A program made the translations under genes and the position numbers. DNA of 64,000 nt from Promethearchaeota archaeon (lineage in GTDB: Archaea; Asgardarchaeota; Lokiarchaeia; Sigyniarchaeales; SOKP01). The first letter of the stretch is position 1; the number at the start of each line of letters is the position of its first letter. A model generated the notes under the pieces. The model made no database searches, had not been told where the DNA came from, and worked only from the letters and a program-made list of their open reading frames with translations. The stretch is from contig JAHPZE010000009.1 of assembly GCA_019058365.1 (NCBI GenBank), positions 67,034-131,033 of the forward strand, in the 5' to 3' direction. This document shows positions 10,552 to 21,285 of the stretch, in pieces.

Positions 10552-11571
10552 ATGGATAAAGAGGTTATAACTTTAAAATCTGGGAAGATTAATGAATATC
10601 TCCATCACATTGACATGAAAGCATATGGAACAACAAGGATGTTATCAATTTTCCTAGCAAAATTCGATGATTGTTCAATTCTCTTTGATTGTGGTTCTTC
10701 TTTGGATATTAGAAAAGGATTAAGATATTTTAATAAAAATCATATTCCATTATCATCATTCAAATACTTAATAACATCACATCATCATTTTGATCATAAT
10801 GGTGGAATGTGGAAATTGTATGAGGAAATAAAAAAGTTTAATCCGCAAGTAAAAATTCTTACAAACTCCCTCACAAAAACGCTTTTAAATGATTATGAAC
10901 ATCATTTAAGTCGTGGAAGAAGTACATATGGAAATCTAGTTGGTGAGATGAAGCCTATTGAAGATAATGCGTTTAAAATTATAGAACCAAGTATGAAATT
11001 TAAGAAAAATGCAGATGGATTAGATGTGATTGAGGAATTTACTTTCAATGGATCAGAGATAAAATTAGCGATATTAGGGACATCTGGTCATACTCCAGAT
11101 CACCAAACTCCTGTTTTGATTAAAGATAATTCAATTGATTTCATTTTTCTTGGAGAAGCTGCTGGTACAATTCAAAATTACTCAAAATTGTTAACTCTAC
11201 CAACATCCATGCCAATATATTACAATCATGAAGCATATATGAAATCGTTAGAAAATTTAAAACAACTCTGTCCATTAAAAGCGGGTTTTGGGCATTTTGG
11301 AGTAGTAAATGGAAAAGATAATGTTCGAAAAATTCTTTTAGAGCATGAATCCTTTATGGAAAAGTATAAATCTTTAATTATCAAATATTACAATGAAAAA
11401 TCTGAAACTAAGTATATTCTTGAAAAGATATTACCAACCTTACTCCCTAGAACTGATCTATCTATTGAAGATGTTCCTATTTTTAAGAATATAGCGTTAG
11501 GGATTGTATACGGAATGATGATCTCTCTGGGATTTCGATCAATCCCTCAAGAAGAAATGAAATATTTATAG
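10552..11571 (+). CDS. Metallo-beta-lactamase-fold hydrolase
   Basis: SHHHFDHNGG, GHTPDH and FGHFG motifs. Likely start is ATG at 10552 (track 10501). Confidence 0.85.
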   Translation: MDKEVITLKSGKINEYLHHIDMKAYGTTRMLSIFLAKFDDCSILFDCGSSLDIRKGLRYFNKNHIPLSSFKYLITSHHHFDHNGGMWKLYEEIKKFNPQVKILTNSLTKTLLNDYEHHLSRGRSTYGNLVGEMKPIEDNAFKIIEPSMKFKKNADGLDVIEEFTFNGSEIKLAILGTSGHTPDHQTPVLIKDNSIDFIFLGEAAGTIQNYSKLLTLPTSMPIYYNHEAYMKSLENLKQLCPLKAGFGHFGVVNGKDNVRKILLEHESFMEKYKSLIIKYYNEKSETKYILEKILPTLLPRTDLSIEDVPIFKNIALGIVYGMMISLGFRSIPQEEMKYL

Positions 11572-11632
11572 TTAAAATTTTAATAGATTCCTTCCGTAAA
11601 CTTCTAATTATTGATTATCATTAGATTTTATA

Positions 11633-12832
11633 ATGGATAGAGAACTAGCTACTTTTGATATATGTATTATTGGAGGAAGCATTGCGGGTAATTATTTGAG
11701 CTATCTTTTATCCAAAACAAATTTAAAGATACTAGTTATAGAAGAACATAACCAAGTAGGGTTACCTCTTCAATGTGCCGGTATTGTTTCTCAAAAGTTG
11801 AGTAGATTAATTGATTTACCTCCCAAGCTCATTCTAAATCGAGTACATACAGCTAAAATTGTAGCACCATCAGGAATAAATATTAAACTAACTGGAAATG
11901 AAAAACCATATATAATTGATAGGATTGGCTTAGATTGTTTGTTTTATGAAAAGATAAAAGAAAATAATAATATCAAATATAGTTTTGGAGAGAAATTTAA
12001 AAATTTTCAAATTGTAAAACATCGTAAGGAAAAATTATTATTAATTGAAACTAATAAAAGAAAAATAAAAGCTAACATTTTGGTTGGATGTGATGGACCA
12101 TTATCCTCCGTAGGAAAGATTTTAGGAGTAAAAAATGATAATTTATTTGCTACTCAGATTCGCATTGAAGGCCAATTTGATGAAAATGAAGCAGTAATGT
12201 TTTTTGATCCACGATGGAGAGAATTTTTTGCGTGGATTGTCCCGGAAGGGAAGAATATTTATCGTATTGGAATGGCAAGCTCTAAAAACATAGTTAAAAA
12301 TTTCCGTATTTTTCTAAATAAATTAAAAATAAATTTGGACCAAAAAATTGATCAACAAGGCGGGCTAATACCATACGGTTTAATGAAGAAACTTGCTTTT
12401 AAAAATGTTTTATTAGTAGGAGATTCAGCGTGTCAAGTGAAAGCAACTACAGGGGGTGGCATTATAATGCTTTTAACAGCTGTAAAATATGCTGCTAACT
12501 GTGTTAAAAATTGTTTTAAAATAAAGAAGTTTTCAAGAAGAATAATCAAAAAATATTATGAAACTCCATGTAAAATTAAAATTGGGCGAGAATTGAAAAT
12601 CCATTATTTAATTCGAGCATTTTTAGAAAAATTTTCTGAAAAAGATTTCGAAAAAGTATTCCAAATAATAAAAACGAGTAAAATTGAAAATTTGATTTCT
12701 ATTTATGGAGACATGGATTTTCCTAAATTATTTATCTATAAATTAATAAAAAATCCATTAGTGATTCCTTTTCTAATAAAATTTTTATTAAAAAATACTC
12801 ATATTATTGTTGATGTTATTAGAATGCTTTAG
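11633..12832 (+). CDS. Geranylgeranyl reductase family FAD-dependent oxidoreductase
   Basis: DICIIGGSIAG, PLQCAG, GCDG, FAWIVP and VGDSACQVKATTGGGI motifs. Confidence 0.85.
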   Translation: MDRELATFDICIIGGSIAGNYLSYLLSKTNLKILVIEEHNQVGLPLQCAGIVSQKLSRLIDLPPKLILNRVHTAKIVAPSGINIKLTGNEKPYIIDRIGLDCLFYEKIKENNNIKYSFGEKFKNFQIVKHRKEKLLLIETNKRKIKANILVGCDGPLSSVGKILGVKNDNLFATQIRIEGQFDENEAVMFFDPRWREFFAWIVPEGKNIYRIGMASSKNIVKNFRIFLNKLKINLDQKIDQQGGLIPYGLMKKLAFKNVLLVGDSACQVKATTGGGIIMLLTAVKYAANCVKNCFKIKKFSRRIIKKYYETPCKIKIGRELKIHYLIRAFLEKFSEKDFEKVFQIIKTSKIENLISIYGDMDFPKLFIYKLIKNPLVIPFLIKFLLKNTHIIVDVIRML

Positions 12833-12834
12833 TT

Positions 12835-13188
12835 TTAAGAAGGAGGAATCATCGCAAAGAAAGCAATCTGACCAAAGATAAAATACCAAATTAGCATAAA
12901 CCCAATTATTACCAATGTTGATACCAATCCAAAACCTTTTACACCCCTTGGAATACCGAGCCCCTCTTCATTTTTCCTTTGAATAAAGGCTCTTATCATT
13001 GCTACAATGTATATTAGAACAACTATTATTGCAACGATCCATAAAAATAACATAAACAATGATAAAGTATACACAGGAAAACTATTTAACCACACCCAAA
13101 ACCTTATTATTAAATAAGTGGGAATTGTGGAATAGATAACTGCTGTAAAAAAGAATACAACTCCCCATGCTATTCCTTTAAATGCCAT
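12835..13188 (-). CDS. Small membrane protein (about 3 TM)
   Basis: 117-aa hydrophobic ORF converging on the GGR gene. Confidence 0.7.
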   Translation of the reverse strand: MAFKGIAWGVVFFFTAVIYSTIPTYLIIRFWVWLNSFPVYTLSLFMLFLWIVAIIVVLIYIVAMIRAFIQRKNEEGLGIPRGVKGFGLVSTLVIIGFMLIWYFIFGQIAFFAMIPPS

Positions 13189-13329
13189 TTTTGCAAATTT
13201 AAATTATTATTTAAGGTTGAATGCTATGCTTTTTTTATTTATTATATTTATGATAATTTAAAAGATTTGCTGGAGGTTTAATTTAATGAAAAAAAGTATT
13301 AATTATTGTCTTTATAATTGAATTTTATA

Positions 13330-14370
13330 TTACACTATTTTTCGTATTAACCATCGTATAGCGGTCATAACTTTTTCATCTTCTTTTAAAATGTTTATTG
13401 GAAAATACTTTATCTTAATACCAAGTTCTCTTAATTCATTAATTTCAAATGTTTTGTTAATAAATTCTTGTTCAAAATATTCCCTACCATGAAATTTATT
13501 TCCTATAATTAAAATTGGGACTAATTCAGTCTCAATTTCTAACCGTGTATTATCAACTATCTTAAAAATTTCCTTTGTTTGAATTATTGAATTTTTATCC
13601 GATACATTAAAAAGAAGTATAAATCCCTGTGCGAAATTTACACAATTTTCTAAATTCTCAAAATCTTTGCATTCAAATTCTCTTATCTGATTATCATATT
13701 GTAAAATTTCGAGGTTCTCAATAACAACCTCATAAATCCTACTTGGTAAATCATTTCTTTTAATATTTAAGAATTGTATTAATTCAATATTCTTCAAAAA
13801 CGTTGTTTTACCCGCTCTTGGGGCACCTATGATAAAAATTTTCTTTATAAGGCGTTTATCCCTTATAGGGGTCTCTAATCGATATTTAGGGGCTAATTTT
13901 TTAAAATATTTGTTGAAAATATCTAAAAATCTACTTTTTAATTCCTCATTGGCTAATTCTAAAGGATATTCACTAGAAATAGCATTCTTCTTTGTATGCA
14001 AAATTATTGCTAAATCATTTTTTAATTTGCTAATCTCAGAAGCAAATTCTTCTAAAACTGGTGCTTTAGAATCCAAATATTTAAATACATCTACGATCTC
14101 ATCCTTAAAGATTGCTGTTTTGATCATATAAGTAATCATCATTAACTCTTTGCCCCCCCTTGCTAAATCAGAATCAATATGAAAGATATGATTAACAGTT
14201 TGAAATTTTCTGTAAGCAAAAATGAAAGTGCCTTCCTCATCATTGAATTCAAGAATTCGATTTATATCAGGTGTATCTAAGCTTTTTACTAATGGTTCGC
14301 TTGAATATAATGTATTTGGACCGATAACTTGATCAAAATAGGTAATACACAATATCTGGTTTTGTGTCAT
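13330..14370 (-). CDS. Longin/uDENN-like domain fused to a degenerate Ras/Rab-like GTPase domain
   Basis: N-terminal YFDQVIGP motif (uDENN/longin FDxxxGP). P-loop GAPRAGKTT and GFILLFNVSD are present, G4 reads GNKFH, and no clear DxxG. Confidence 0.75.
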   Translation of the reverse strand: MTQNQILCITYFDQVIGPNTLYSSEPLVKSLDTPDINRILEFNDEEGTFIFAYRKFQTVNHIFHIDSDLARGGKELMMITYMIKTAIFKDEIVDVFKYLDSKAPVLEEFASEISKLKNDLAIILHTKKNAISSEYPLELANEELKSRFLDIFNKYFKKLAPKYRLETPIRDKRLIKKIFIIGAPRAGKTTFLKNIELIQFLNIKRNDLPSRIYEVVIENLEILQYDNQIREFECKDFENLENCVNFAQGFILLFNVSDKNSIIQTKEIFKIVDNTRLEIETELVPILIIGNKFHGREYFEQEFINKTFEINELRELGIKIKYFPINILKEDEKVMTAIRWLIRKIV

Positions 14371-14474
14371 TGTTGAAAAGATAAGACTTATTCAAATTTA
14401 AAATTTTTAATTGTCATATATGGAACTCTTTTTAGTTTCAATAAAATCAAAAAAAAATGGAAATTTAAATTTTA

Positions 14475-14730
14475 TTAGTGAAAAAAGCCAAAGATGAAAC
14501 TTAATCCACTTTGATAGGGTTATATTGTGCAAATCAGTAATGTAAAGAATAATGTATTGACGAGAGCTCCAGCAATTATATTTCCGCTTTTTTGATATAT
14601 TAATATTGAGAAAAAACCATTTATCAGAAATAATGGTATTGCCAAAGGTATAAAATTACCAAAGTAGAAAAAACTCCCCATCATAAGTGAGAAAATTAAG
14701 AAAATCTAGAAAAAATTTAAAGATAGCACT
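14475..14730 (-). pseudogene. Remnant of a polytopic membrane protein C-terminus
   Basis: One frame reads FKFF*IFLIFSLMMGSFFYFGNFIPLAIPLFLINGFFSILIYQKSGNIIAGALVNTLFFTLLICTI*PYQSGLSFIFGFFH*, a protein-like hydrophobic sequence broken by TAG and by TAA (14520-14522). Confidence 0.5.
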
Positions 14731-14761
14731 TTTCTTAATATTTTAAAAGAAATAATAAAAT

Positions 14762-15643
14762 GTGATTCAAATGGGAGATTTTAAAAAGATGGAGCAAGCT
14801 TATAAAGCTTCTTCTAAAATACTGGAAAAAAGAATGGAAAAAGAACGTCCGATGGATCTCGACATATTGAGAAAGGTGAAAGAATCATCGATAATTATAG
14901 TTGCTGGTTCTTATGACAAAATTGAGTTAGTTTTAGAACTAATAAACGTTCCATTCATTTTAATTCAACCTTATGAGGTTAGTCAAATTGAATTAAGATC
15001 AGATCAAATCTTAATTATTAATTGTCCAGGGAATGTAAATGATGACGCATTGCCCAAAATTAAAAATTTTGTTAAAGATGGAGGATTCCTCTTTACTACT
15101 GATTGGGCTTTGCAAAATATTCTTGAAAAAATATTTTCTCGTTATTTAAAATACAATCGACGACCCACTGGAGATGATTATGTAAGAGTAGAAATATTAG
15201 ATAAGAGTAATAAGTTTTTAGAAGGTTTATTTGATGAAAAAGCTGATCCAATTTGGTGGTTAGAGAGTTCTTCATACCCTATTCAAATATTAGACAAATC
15301 TCAAGTTAAACTTTTAATTGTAAGTAAAGAAATGCAAGAAAAATATGGTGAAGCGCCAATTGTTATTACATTTGATTATGGTAATGGGACTGTTCTGCAT
15401 ATGACTTCCCATTACTACTTGCAAAGAGCGGAGCTTCGCACTAAAAGACATAAAATGAGTGCTAAAGAATATGCCATGAAAGAAATTGGATTATCTGAAG
15501 ATGAAGCTGAAATGGATGAATTGGAAGGTTTAAGTCTTGGTGAAGCTGAATCAGCATATTCTACTACGCAATTTATTAGCAATGTGATTGTAGAACAACA
15601 AAAAAAAATTGCTAAAAGAAAAAAGGAGAAGGAGGATAAATAA
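14762..15643 (+). CDS. Class I glutamine-amidotransferase-like fold protein
   Basis: GSYDKIELVL, ILIINCPG, FVKDGGFLFTTDWA and GTVLHMTSHY. Confidence 0.65.
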   Translation: MIQMGDFKKMEQAYKASSKILEKRMEKERPMDLDILRKVKESSIIIVAGSYDKIELVLELINVPFILIQPYEVSQIELRSDQILIINCPGNVNDDALPKIKNFVKDGGFLFTTDWALQNILEKIFSRYLKYNRRPTGDDYVRVEILDKSNKFLEGLFDEKADPIWWLESSSYPIQILDKSQVKLLIVSKEMQEKYGEAPIVITFDYGNGTVLHMTSHYYLQRAELRTKRHKMSAKEYAMKEIGLSEDEAEMDELEGLSLGEAESAYSTTQFISNVIVEQQKKIAKRKKEKEDK

Positions 15644-15731
15644 CAATTTTTTTTAACTAAATTCTTAAGAAATATAGTTCTACTCCTTTTAAAATCGATA
15701 ATTTAATTTGTAATAAATTAATTATTTTATC

Positions 15732-17189
15732 ATGGTTGAAAGCCCACGGGAATTGCATGGAATGCGACTCATAGGTTATGCCTTAGGTAACTTTGGCTTA
15801 ATTTTGACAAATATGTTCATTGGAGTATTTCTTTTTCAATATTATGTTTATACCATCAATTTGGACTCAATCCTTACATCGGTTGGAATTTCTTTACAAC
15901 TTATTTTTTCAGCAATTTCTTCAATAATTTTTGGAATCCTTGCTGATAATAAAAAACCAGCAAAATTTGGAAAACGTCGGCCTTTTCTCCTTTATGGATT
16001 GCCAACATGGGTTTTAACCAGTATTATCCTATGGTTGCCACCTAAATGTCCGCAAAATAATTCACTGTTTATCCCTACTGTAGCTTTTTTATGGAGTATA
16101 TTAATCATTCAATCAATATCTGGATCATCAATGATGACAGTTCATTTTTCTATGCTTACTGAACAATCACAAACTCATCAAAATAGAGAAAAAATTGCTG
16201 CTGCTATAACTTTCTTTCAAATAATTGCTTCTATTTTAGCTTTGATGTTACCTCTAATCATTGAAAGTATTTTACCAAATCCTGAGAATGTAAAATGGTG
16301 GGAACCTTCAGGGCAAATAGTTTTTTCTTATATGCCTTGGATAGGAACCTCATTTACATCATTTGGAGTTATTAGTATTCTAATAACATTTTTCTCAGTA
16401 GATGAGAGTTTCCATAAAACAACAACTCTTAAAATTAGCCAAAAAAAAGCAGCATTAAAATCATTTATTCATCAAATGAAAACACCCTTATGGGACAAAA
16501 AATATCGAAATTATTTATCCGTAAGGTTATTTACTAGCATATCGGGAAAAATATTGGGTGTAATAGTGATACCTTTTCTGACATATACACTATTATTTAC
16601 TGGGAGTAAGTATTATATTTATGTAGGTGTCTCGATTATAAGTAAAATGATAGGGTTTTATATCTGGCGGAAATTACTTAAAAAGAATTCAATTCTTAAA
16701 ATATATATGATATGTATAATATCTTCTATAATTTCTTGCTTGCTTGAGCTAGTATTTTTAATTAAACTCCTTTCTGTTGAATTTGAAATTGCTTTCTTCA
16801 TTTTTACTATGGGTACAATTTTGGGTTCTATGTATGGATTGGGATTATTTGAACCGCCTTTAGCGAGTGCTTTAATTTATGAAGCTGCCGATAGGATTGA
16901 AGATTTAGATTTCGATGAAGCAGTTTCAAAAATTTCTGGAGTTTATTTTGGACTGAACTCTTTTATTATGGCAGCGGGTCAATCAATGGCATCTTTTATA
17001 ATAGGAATAATTCTTACTGGGCGAAATGCTGAGAATTCTACAATAATTACAATTACATTAGCTTCAATGGGGATCTTTTATTTACTTAGTCTATTTTTTT
17101 TGAAGCGAATTAAATTAGAGAAGAAATTCATAAGCAAAGAGGCTTTAAGCTCTGGAGTCTCTGAAGATGATTTTTCTCTTAAAGAATAA
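15732..17189 (+). CDS. MFS transporter, GPH/MelB-like sugar transporter
   Basis: About 12 TM; GILADNKKPAKFGKRRPFLLYG motif. Confidence 0.85.
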   Translation: MVESPRELHGMRLIGYALGNFGLILTNMFIGVFLFQYYVYTINLDSILTSVGISLQLIFSAISSIIFGILADNKKPAKFGKRRPFLLYGLPTWVLTSIILWLPPKCPQNNSLFIPTVAFLWSILIIQSISGSSMMTVHFSMLTEQSQTHQNREKIAAAITFFQIIASILALMLPLIIESILPNPENVKWWEPSGQIVFSYMPWIGTSFTSFGVISILITFFSVDESFHKTTTLKISQKKAALKSFIHQMKTPLWDKKYRNYLSVRLFTSISGKILGVIVIPFLTYTLLFTGSKYYIYVGVSIISKMIGFYIWRKLLKKNSILKIYMICIISSIISCLLELVFLIKLLSVEFEIAFFIFTMGTILGSMYGLGLFEPPLASALIYEAADRIEDLDFDEAVSKISGVYFGLNSFIMAAGQSMASFIIGIILTGRNAENSTIITITLASMGIFYLLSLFFLKRIKLEKKFISKEALSSGVSEDDFSLKE

Positions 17190-18254
17190 TTATATCTTAG
17201 CAGGATTTCGTATAAAAGTCTCAATAAGCTGAATAGTTTTATAAATATCATCAAGCTTTAGTAATGATGTTGGTGAATGAATATATCTACAAGGAACAGA
17301 TACAACTGTACTTGGGACACCACTACGACTAAATTGAATTTTTCCTGCATCAGTCCCGCCATACATTGGCTTTTTATATTGATATTGAATATTCTCATAC
17401 TCTGCATTTTTAATCAGTCTTTTATTCACTTTAGGATTTGATATTACCGATCTATCCGCTACTGTAATTGCTGGTCCTTTTCCTATGCTTAAAGGGTTTT
17501 CAGAATCTTTTATCCCTGGTACATCTGCTGCAGATGTATTTTCGATTGCAATTGCCATTGTAGGTTTAAGTTCATAAGCACCAGTTATCGCACCAAAACC
17601 TCCTACTTCTTCCTGTACCGCAAAATTGAAAAGAACAGTATCAGAATGCTCTTTTTCCTTTAAGAGCATCATTATGTGCAGGAGAACATTACAACCTGTA
17701 CGATCATCAAAAGCTTTTCCACGAACCATACCATTAGGAAAATCAACAAAAGGACTAAATAATGTACCTATACTTCCAATATTAATATTGTTATTAAGTA
17801 CCTCATCTTCGGAAGTCATCCCAATATCAATATACATATTAGAAATATTAACAACTTTTTTTCGTTCTTCAATTGTAGTAAGATGAGGTGGCTTTGATCC
17901 AATAATCCCATGAAATACTTGATCATCCCCTGATTTCAAAATAACAGACTGCCCTAAAAGAATTCTGTCATCCCACCCACCAATTGATACGAAATGTAAA
18001 AAACCTTTCTTGTCAATGTGAGATATCATAAATCCAATCTCATCGATATGAGCATCTAATAAAATCCTATTTTGTCCATTTGTTCCTTCTTTTACTGCTA
18101 AAACATTTCCAAGGGGGTCTATCAATGACTTATCAGCTAAGCCTCTATTTTCAATTTCTTCAAGAATAAAAGTTCGTACTTCCTCCTCATGTCCCGATAC
18201 GCCAAGTAGATCAGATAACTTTTTCTGTAATTCCTTAATACTTTCAATATTCAA
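17190..18254 (-). CDS. M42 family aminopeptidase (TET-like)
   Basis: AHIDEIG, KAFDDRTG, VQEEVG, GGTDAG and RYIHSP motifs. Confidence 0.92.
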   Translation of the reverse strand: MNIESIKELQKKLSDLLGVSGHEEEVRTFILEEIENRGLADKSLIDPLGNVLAVKEGTNGQNRILLDAHIDEIGFMISHIDKKGFLHFVSIGGWDDRILLGQSVILKSGDDQVFHGIIGSKPPHLTTIEERKKVVNISNMYIDIGMTSEDEVLNNNINIGSIGTLFSPFVDFPNGMVRGKAFDDRTGCNVLLHIMMLLKEKEHSDTVLFNFAVQEEVGGFGAITGAYELKPTMAIAIENTSAADVPGIKDSENPLSIGKGPAITVADRSVISNPKVNKRLIKNAEYENIQYQYKKPMYGGTDAGKIQFSRSGVPSTVVSVPCRYIHSPTSLLKLDDIYKTIQLIETFIRNPAKI

Positions 18255-18412
18255 ATTATTTCTACTTATTAGTAAATGTCTTTTAATTTAATAATTAAAC
18301 TATTAGCAATTCACATAAAAAGTTTAAGGTAATTAAAAAATGTTAGTTAGAACAACAAAATCATTAAATAAAAGAATCTAAAAGAATATAGTAGTAATAA
18401 TATAAAATAAGA

Positions 18413-20089
18413 TTATTTTTTTCGCTTTTTTAGTTCAGCTATTGATTTCTCAGCTAAGATTAGAGCATTATCGTATTTTGATTTGTATTTTTTAACCTGT
18501 GCGTCCAGTTCTATTATTCGATTATTTAAATCTAATACCATTTCGCTATTATTATCTAAAGGGGCCACATTTTCTCCACCTTTCTCTGCCATTTCTTTTA
18601 GAAAGTTGTATTTCTCTTTCCATACATTTATTTCGGTTTGTAATTCTTCTATAGTCTCATCAGTAGCAACAAGTGGTATATCTTTTCCTTCTTTTACATC
18701 AGCTACTTTTTGTTTCAAACGATTAACTTCATCCTCTAATTCTTTAATTCTCACTTTTAATGTAGAAATTTCATCTAAATAATCAACAGCTCCTTTTGGC
18801 TCAAGCATTTCTTCAAACATAGATTTTCCAGTTTCTAATTCATCAGCAGATTTTCCTCCTAAAAGCCTCTCTTTTCGCCTCTTTAATTCTTCAACTGTTT
18901 GATCTGAAAGGAAATCTAACGGATTAAAGCTGACACCCCCATGTTTTGTTCGCCTTTTTCTAATTTTCACAAAGAGAGGAATGCCCTTAACAGCTTCACC
19001 GCATATTATTGCTTGCCCTTTATCTAGTCCAGAGATGTCTGATTTATTATCATTACTTAAATCTTCAGCACTGGAAATAGTAATTCCGATATCTCTAATA
19101 TCTGAAAGATTGTGAACAACCCAAGTTCCCGCTTGAGCTCTTATTGTAGTGTCTAATAGTTGTGGACGCTGTGTTCCTATAACAATATTAGCACCAAATT
19201 TTCTTCCTTCCTGTGCGAATAATTTAACGACTTCACAAGTCTCTGTCTGCTTCTTTCCAGCAAATAAGTGAGCCTCATCTAAAAATAAGTAGAATGGAGG
19301 TATTACTCTAGTTGTGCTAGCTTCATATAATTTTTTCAGTAATTTTCCAGCTATAGCTTCTTGAACTTCTAAAGCCATACCATTTAAATTTACTATAGTA
19401 CACAAATTCGGCGCAACAATATCTGTAGGTTTTAATGAAAAAAGGTATTCTATATCTACATCCCCACCTTTATTTTTCTTTAAATCAGAAAATTCGATTA
19501 TACCATCAACAAATTCACTTTCACCTTCCGGTAGATCTTCACCGGCAACCTTTAAACTACCATATTCTCCATGTCTATCTAAAATTACAAGAGGAATTCC
19601 CTTCTTAAGAAATTCTTCACATAATACTCCCATTGTATAAGATTTACCAGAACCAGATTTTCCAGTAATGAAAATCCTACCAAAATTTTTAATTAATAAA
19701 TACACTTCATAAGGATATCCAATTAAATTCCCTAAAGAAAGTGATTCTTCCGGCGGATTAAATATACCTAAAATTTTTGCGATTTGTTGTTCTTTTGCCA
19801 TATAAACATCTAGCCCAATTTCAAATGGTCTTTTTGGTCTTTCTCCTAATACCGCTAATTTAGCCATTCGTCCCTTATCTTCGGTCCACATATCAGTAAT
19901 ATAAAGAACAAAATACTCTCTATTTCCTTTTTCATCTCTCTCTCCATAAATAGTTAAATAATTATTTCTTTCAACTGGAGGACCTTCAAATACAACGGTG
20001 ACTGTATGAGTTGTTGTCTTTCCCGTTAATCTACCAACGGGTTTCTCTTCTTGCAAACTATTATTATCTTCATCTAACATAAAAATCAT
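18413..20089 (-). CDS. HerA/FtsK-family ATPase (DUF87-like) with N-terminal barrel and C-terminal coiled coil
   Basis: GKSGSGKS, ILDRHGEY, FLDEAHLF, EGRKFG and TQRP motifs; about 150-aa coiled-coil tail. Confidence 0.85.
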   Translation of the reverse strand: MIFMLDEDNNSLQEEKPVGRLTGKTTTHTVTVVFEGPPVERNNYLTIYGERDEKGNREYFVLYITDMWTEDKGRMAKLAVLGERPKRPFEIGLDVYMAKEQQIAKILGIFNPPEESLSLGNLIGYPYEVYLLIKNFGRIFITGKSGSGKSYTMGVLCEEFLKKGIPLVILDRHGEYGSLKVAGEDLPEGESEFVDGIIEFSDLKKNKGGDVDIEYLFSLKPTDIVAPNLCTIVNLNGMALEVQEAIAGKLLKKLYEASTTRVIPPFYLFLDEAHLFAGKKQTETCEVVKLFAQEGRKFGANIVIGTQRPQLLDTTIRAQAGTWVVHNLSDIRDIGITISSAEDLSNDNKSDISGLDKGQAIICGEAVKGIPLFVKIRKRRTKHGGVSFNPLDFLSDQTVEELKRRKERLLGGKSADELETGKSMFEEMLEPKGAVDYLDEISTLKVRIKELEDEVNRLKQKVADVKEGKDIPLVATDETIEELQTEINVWKEKYNFLKEMAEKGGENVAPLDNNSEMVLDLNNRIIELDAQVKKYKSKYDNALILAEKSIAELKKRKK

Positions 20090-20261
20090 ACTAAAATTGA
20101 TATTTTAGCATTATATGAAAATTCAAATATATTAATAAGATCTAACTATTTTTTACAATTTAAAAAGAATATATAAATATTCATAAATCCATTAGCTACT
20201 TTTATTGGTTTTTAGTGGATGCTCTTTTGTAAACATCAATAGCACTTGGAAGAAGCTTTAT

Positions 20262-21194
20262 TTATTCTTTTATATGATATACTATACTCTTCTTGATCAT
20301 TCTTATTGGTTTATAAGACTCTTTTGCTCTTCTTAGCCCTTCAATGCCTAAATCTTGTTCTCTATTAACATAAATAGCATCTACACAGCAATTTTTTAAG
20401 AAGAAATTATTGATTGCTTGATAAGAGCCTTCATATTCCATATGAGCCTTCTCAATATGAATCACTAAAGTCTTATCATTTAACATTTCACCAAATGTAT
20501 AGGCAGCACATTTATCATCAACACACAATAATCCACCAGTAAAACCAAGTTTCTCAAAATTGTTTAATGCCTCATATATTGCGTCTTGTTCTGCTTCTAA
20601 ACTTTCATCTTCGGTACAAGCTCTTATTATACACCATTCTAATTGAAGCTCTTTGCATTTTTCGATAAGATCTACTGTTAATACTTTGAAATCATACTTA
20701 TAATTTTCTAAAAATTTTCGTAGCCATCTTCTATTTTGCCTGTATTTGTTTCCCGCTAAATTTATGATCTCTTTCTTGTTATGTATATAATCCCAATTAT
20801 TAGGATCTTCAAGACAATCCAAATTTAATTCAGAAAATTTCTCGTTTTCTTTTAAACTAATACAGATATCCTCTGGAACTCTATGAACTTCTATATTTCC
20901 AATATCCTCAAATAATTCAATAATGATTTTATCAGGATAAGGACCAATCGGAGGAAAGAAGTAAATATAATCTCTAGAATCTGTATTTATAGGTTTTCTC
21001 CTACTTTTTAAATAATCATTAGAATATAAGATTAAATGCTCCTTGAATTCCATAAATAGAAAATTATAATAATTCCTCCACATAAAGAGATTAGTAAATG
21101 TAAATTCAGAAATTTCTGGAGGATATTTTTGAAGATACTCGTCAAATAGCTTTTTATAAGATATTTCAATTGCTTTTCCCGTGCTAAGATCCAT
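20262..21194 (-). CDS. DUF2156 / LPG-synthase C-terminal-like (tandem GNAT fold) protein
   Basis: SEFTFTNLFMW, WDYI, HIEKA and YVNREQDLGIEGLRRAKESYKP. Confidence 0.85.
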   Translation of the reverse strand: MDLSTGKAIEISYKKLFDEYLQKYPPEISEFTFTNLFMWRNYYNFLFMEFKEHLILYSNDYLKSRRKPINTDSRDYIYFFPPIGPYPDKIIIELFEDIGNIEVHRVPEDICISLKENEKFSELNLDCLEDPNNWDYIHNKKEIINLAGNKYRQNRRWLRKFLENYKYDFKVLTVDLIEKCKELQLEWCIIRACTEDESLEAEQDAIYEALNNFEKLGFTGGLLCVDDKCAAYTFGEMLNDKTLVIHIEKAHMEYEGSYQAINNFFLKNCCVDAIYVNREQDLGIEGLRRAKESYKPIRMIKKSIVYHIKE

Positions 21195-21285
21195 GGTTAT
21201 TTTATTATTTAAAGAACTTTAAAAGGATTATCCTTTTAGAGAGAGACTTGAAATAAATCGATTTTCTAAAATATTTCAAAATACA

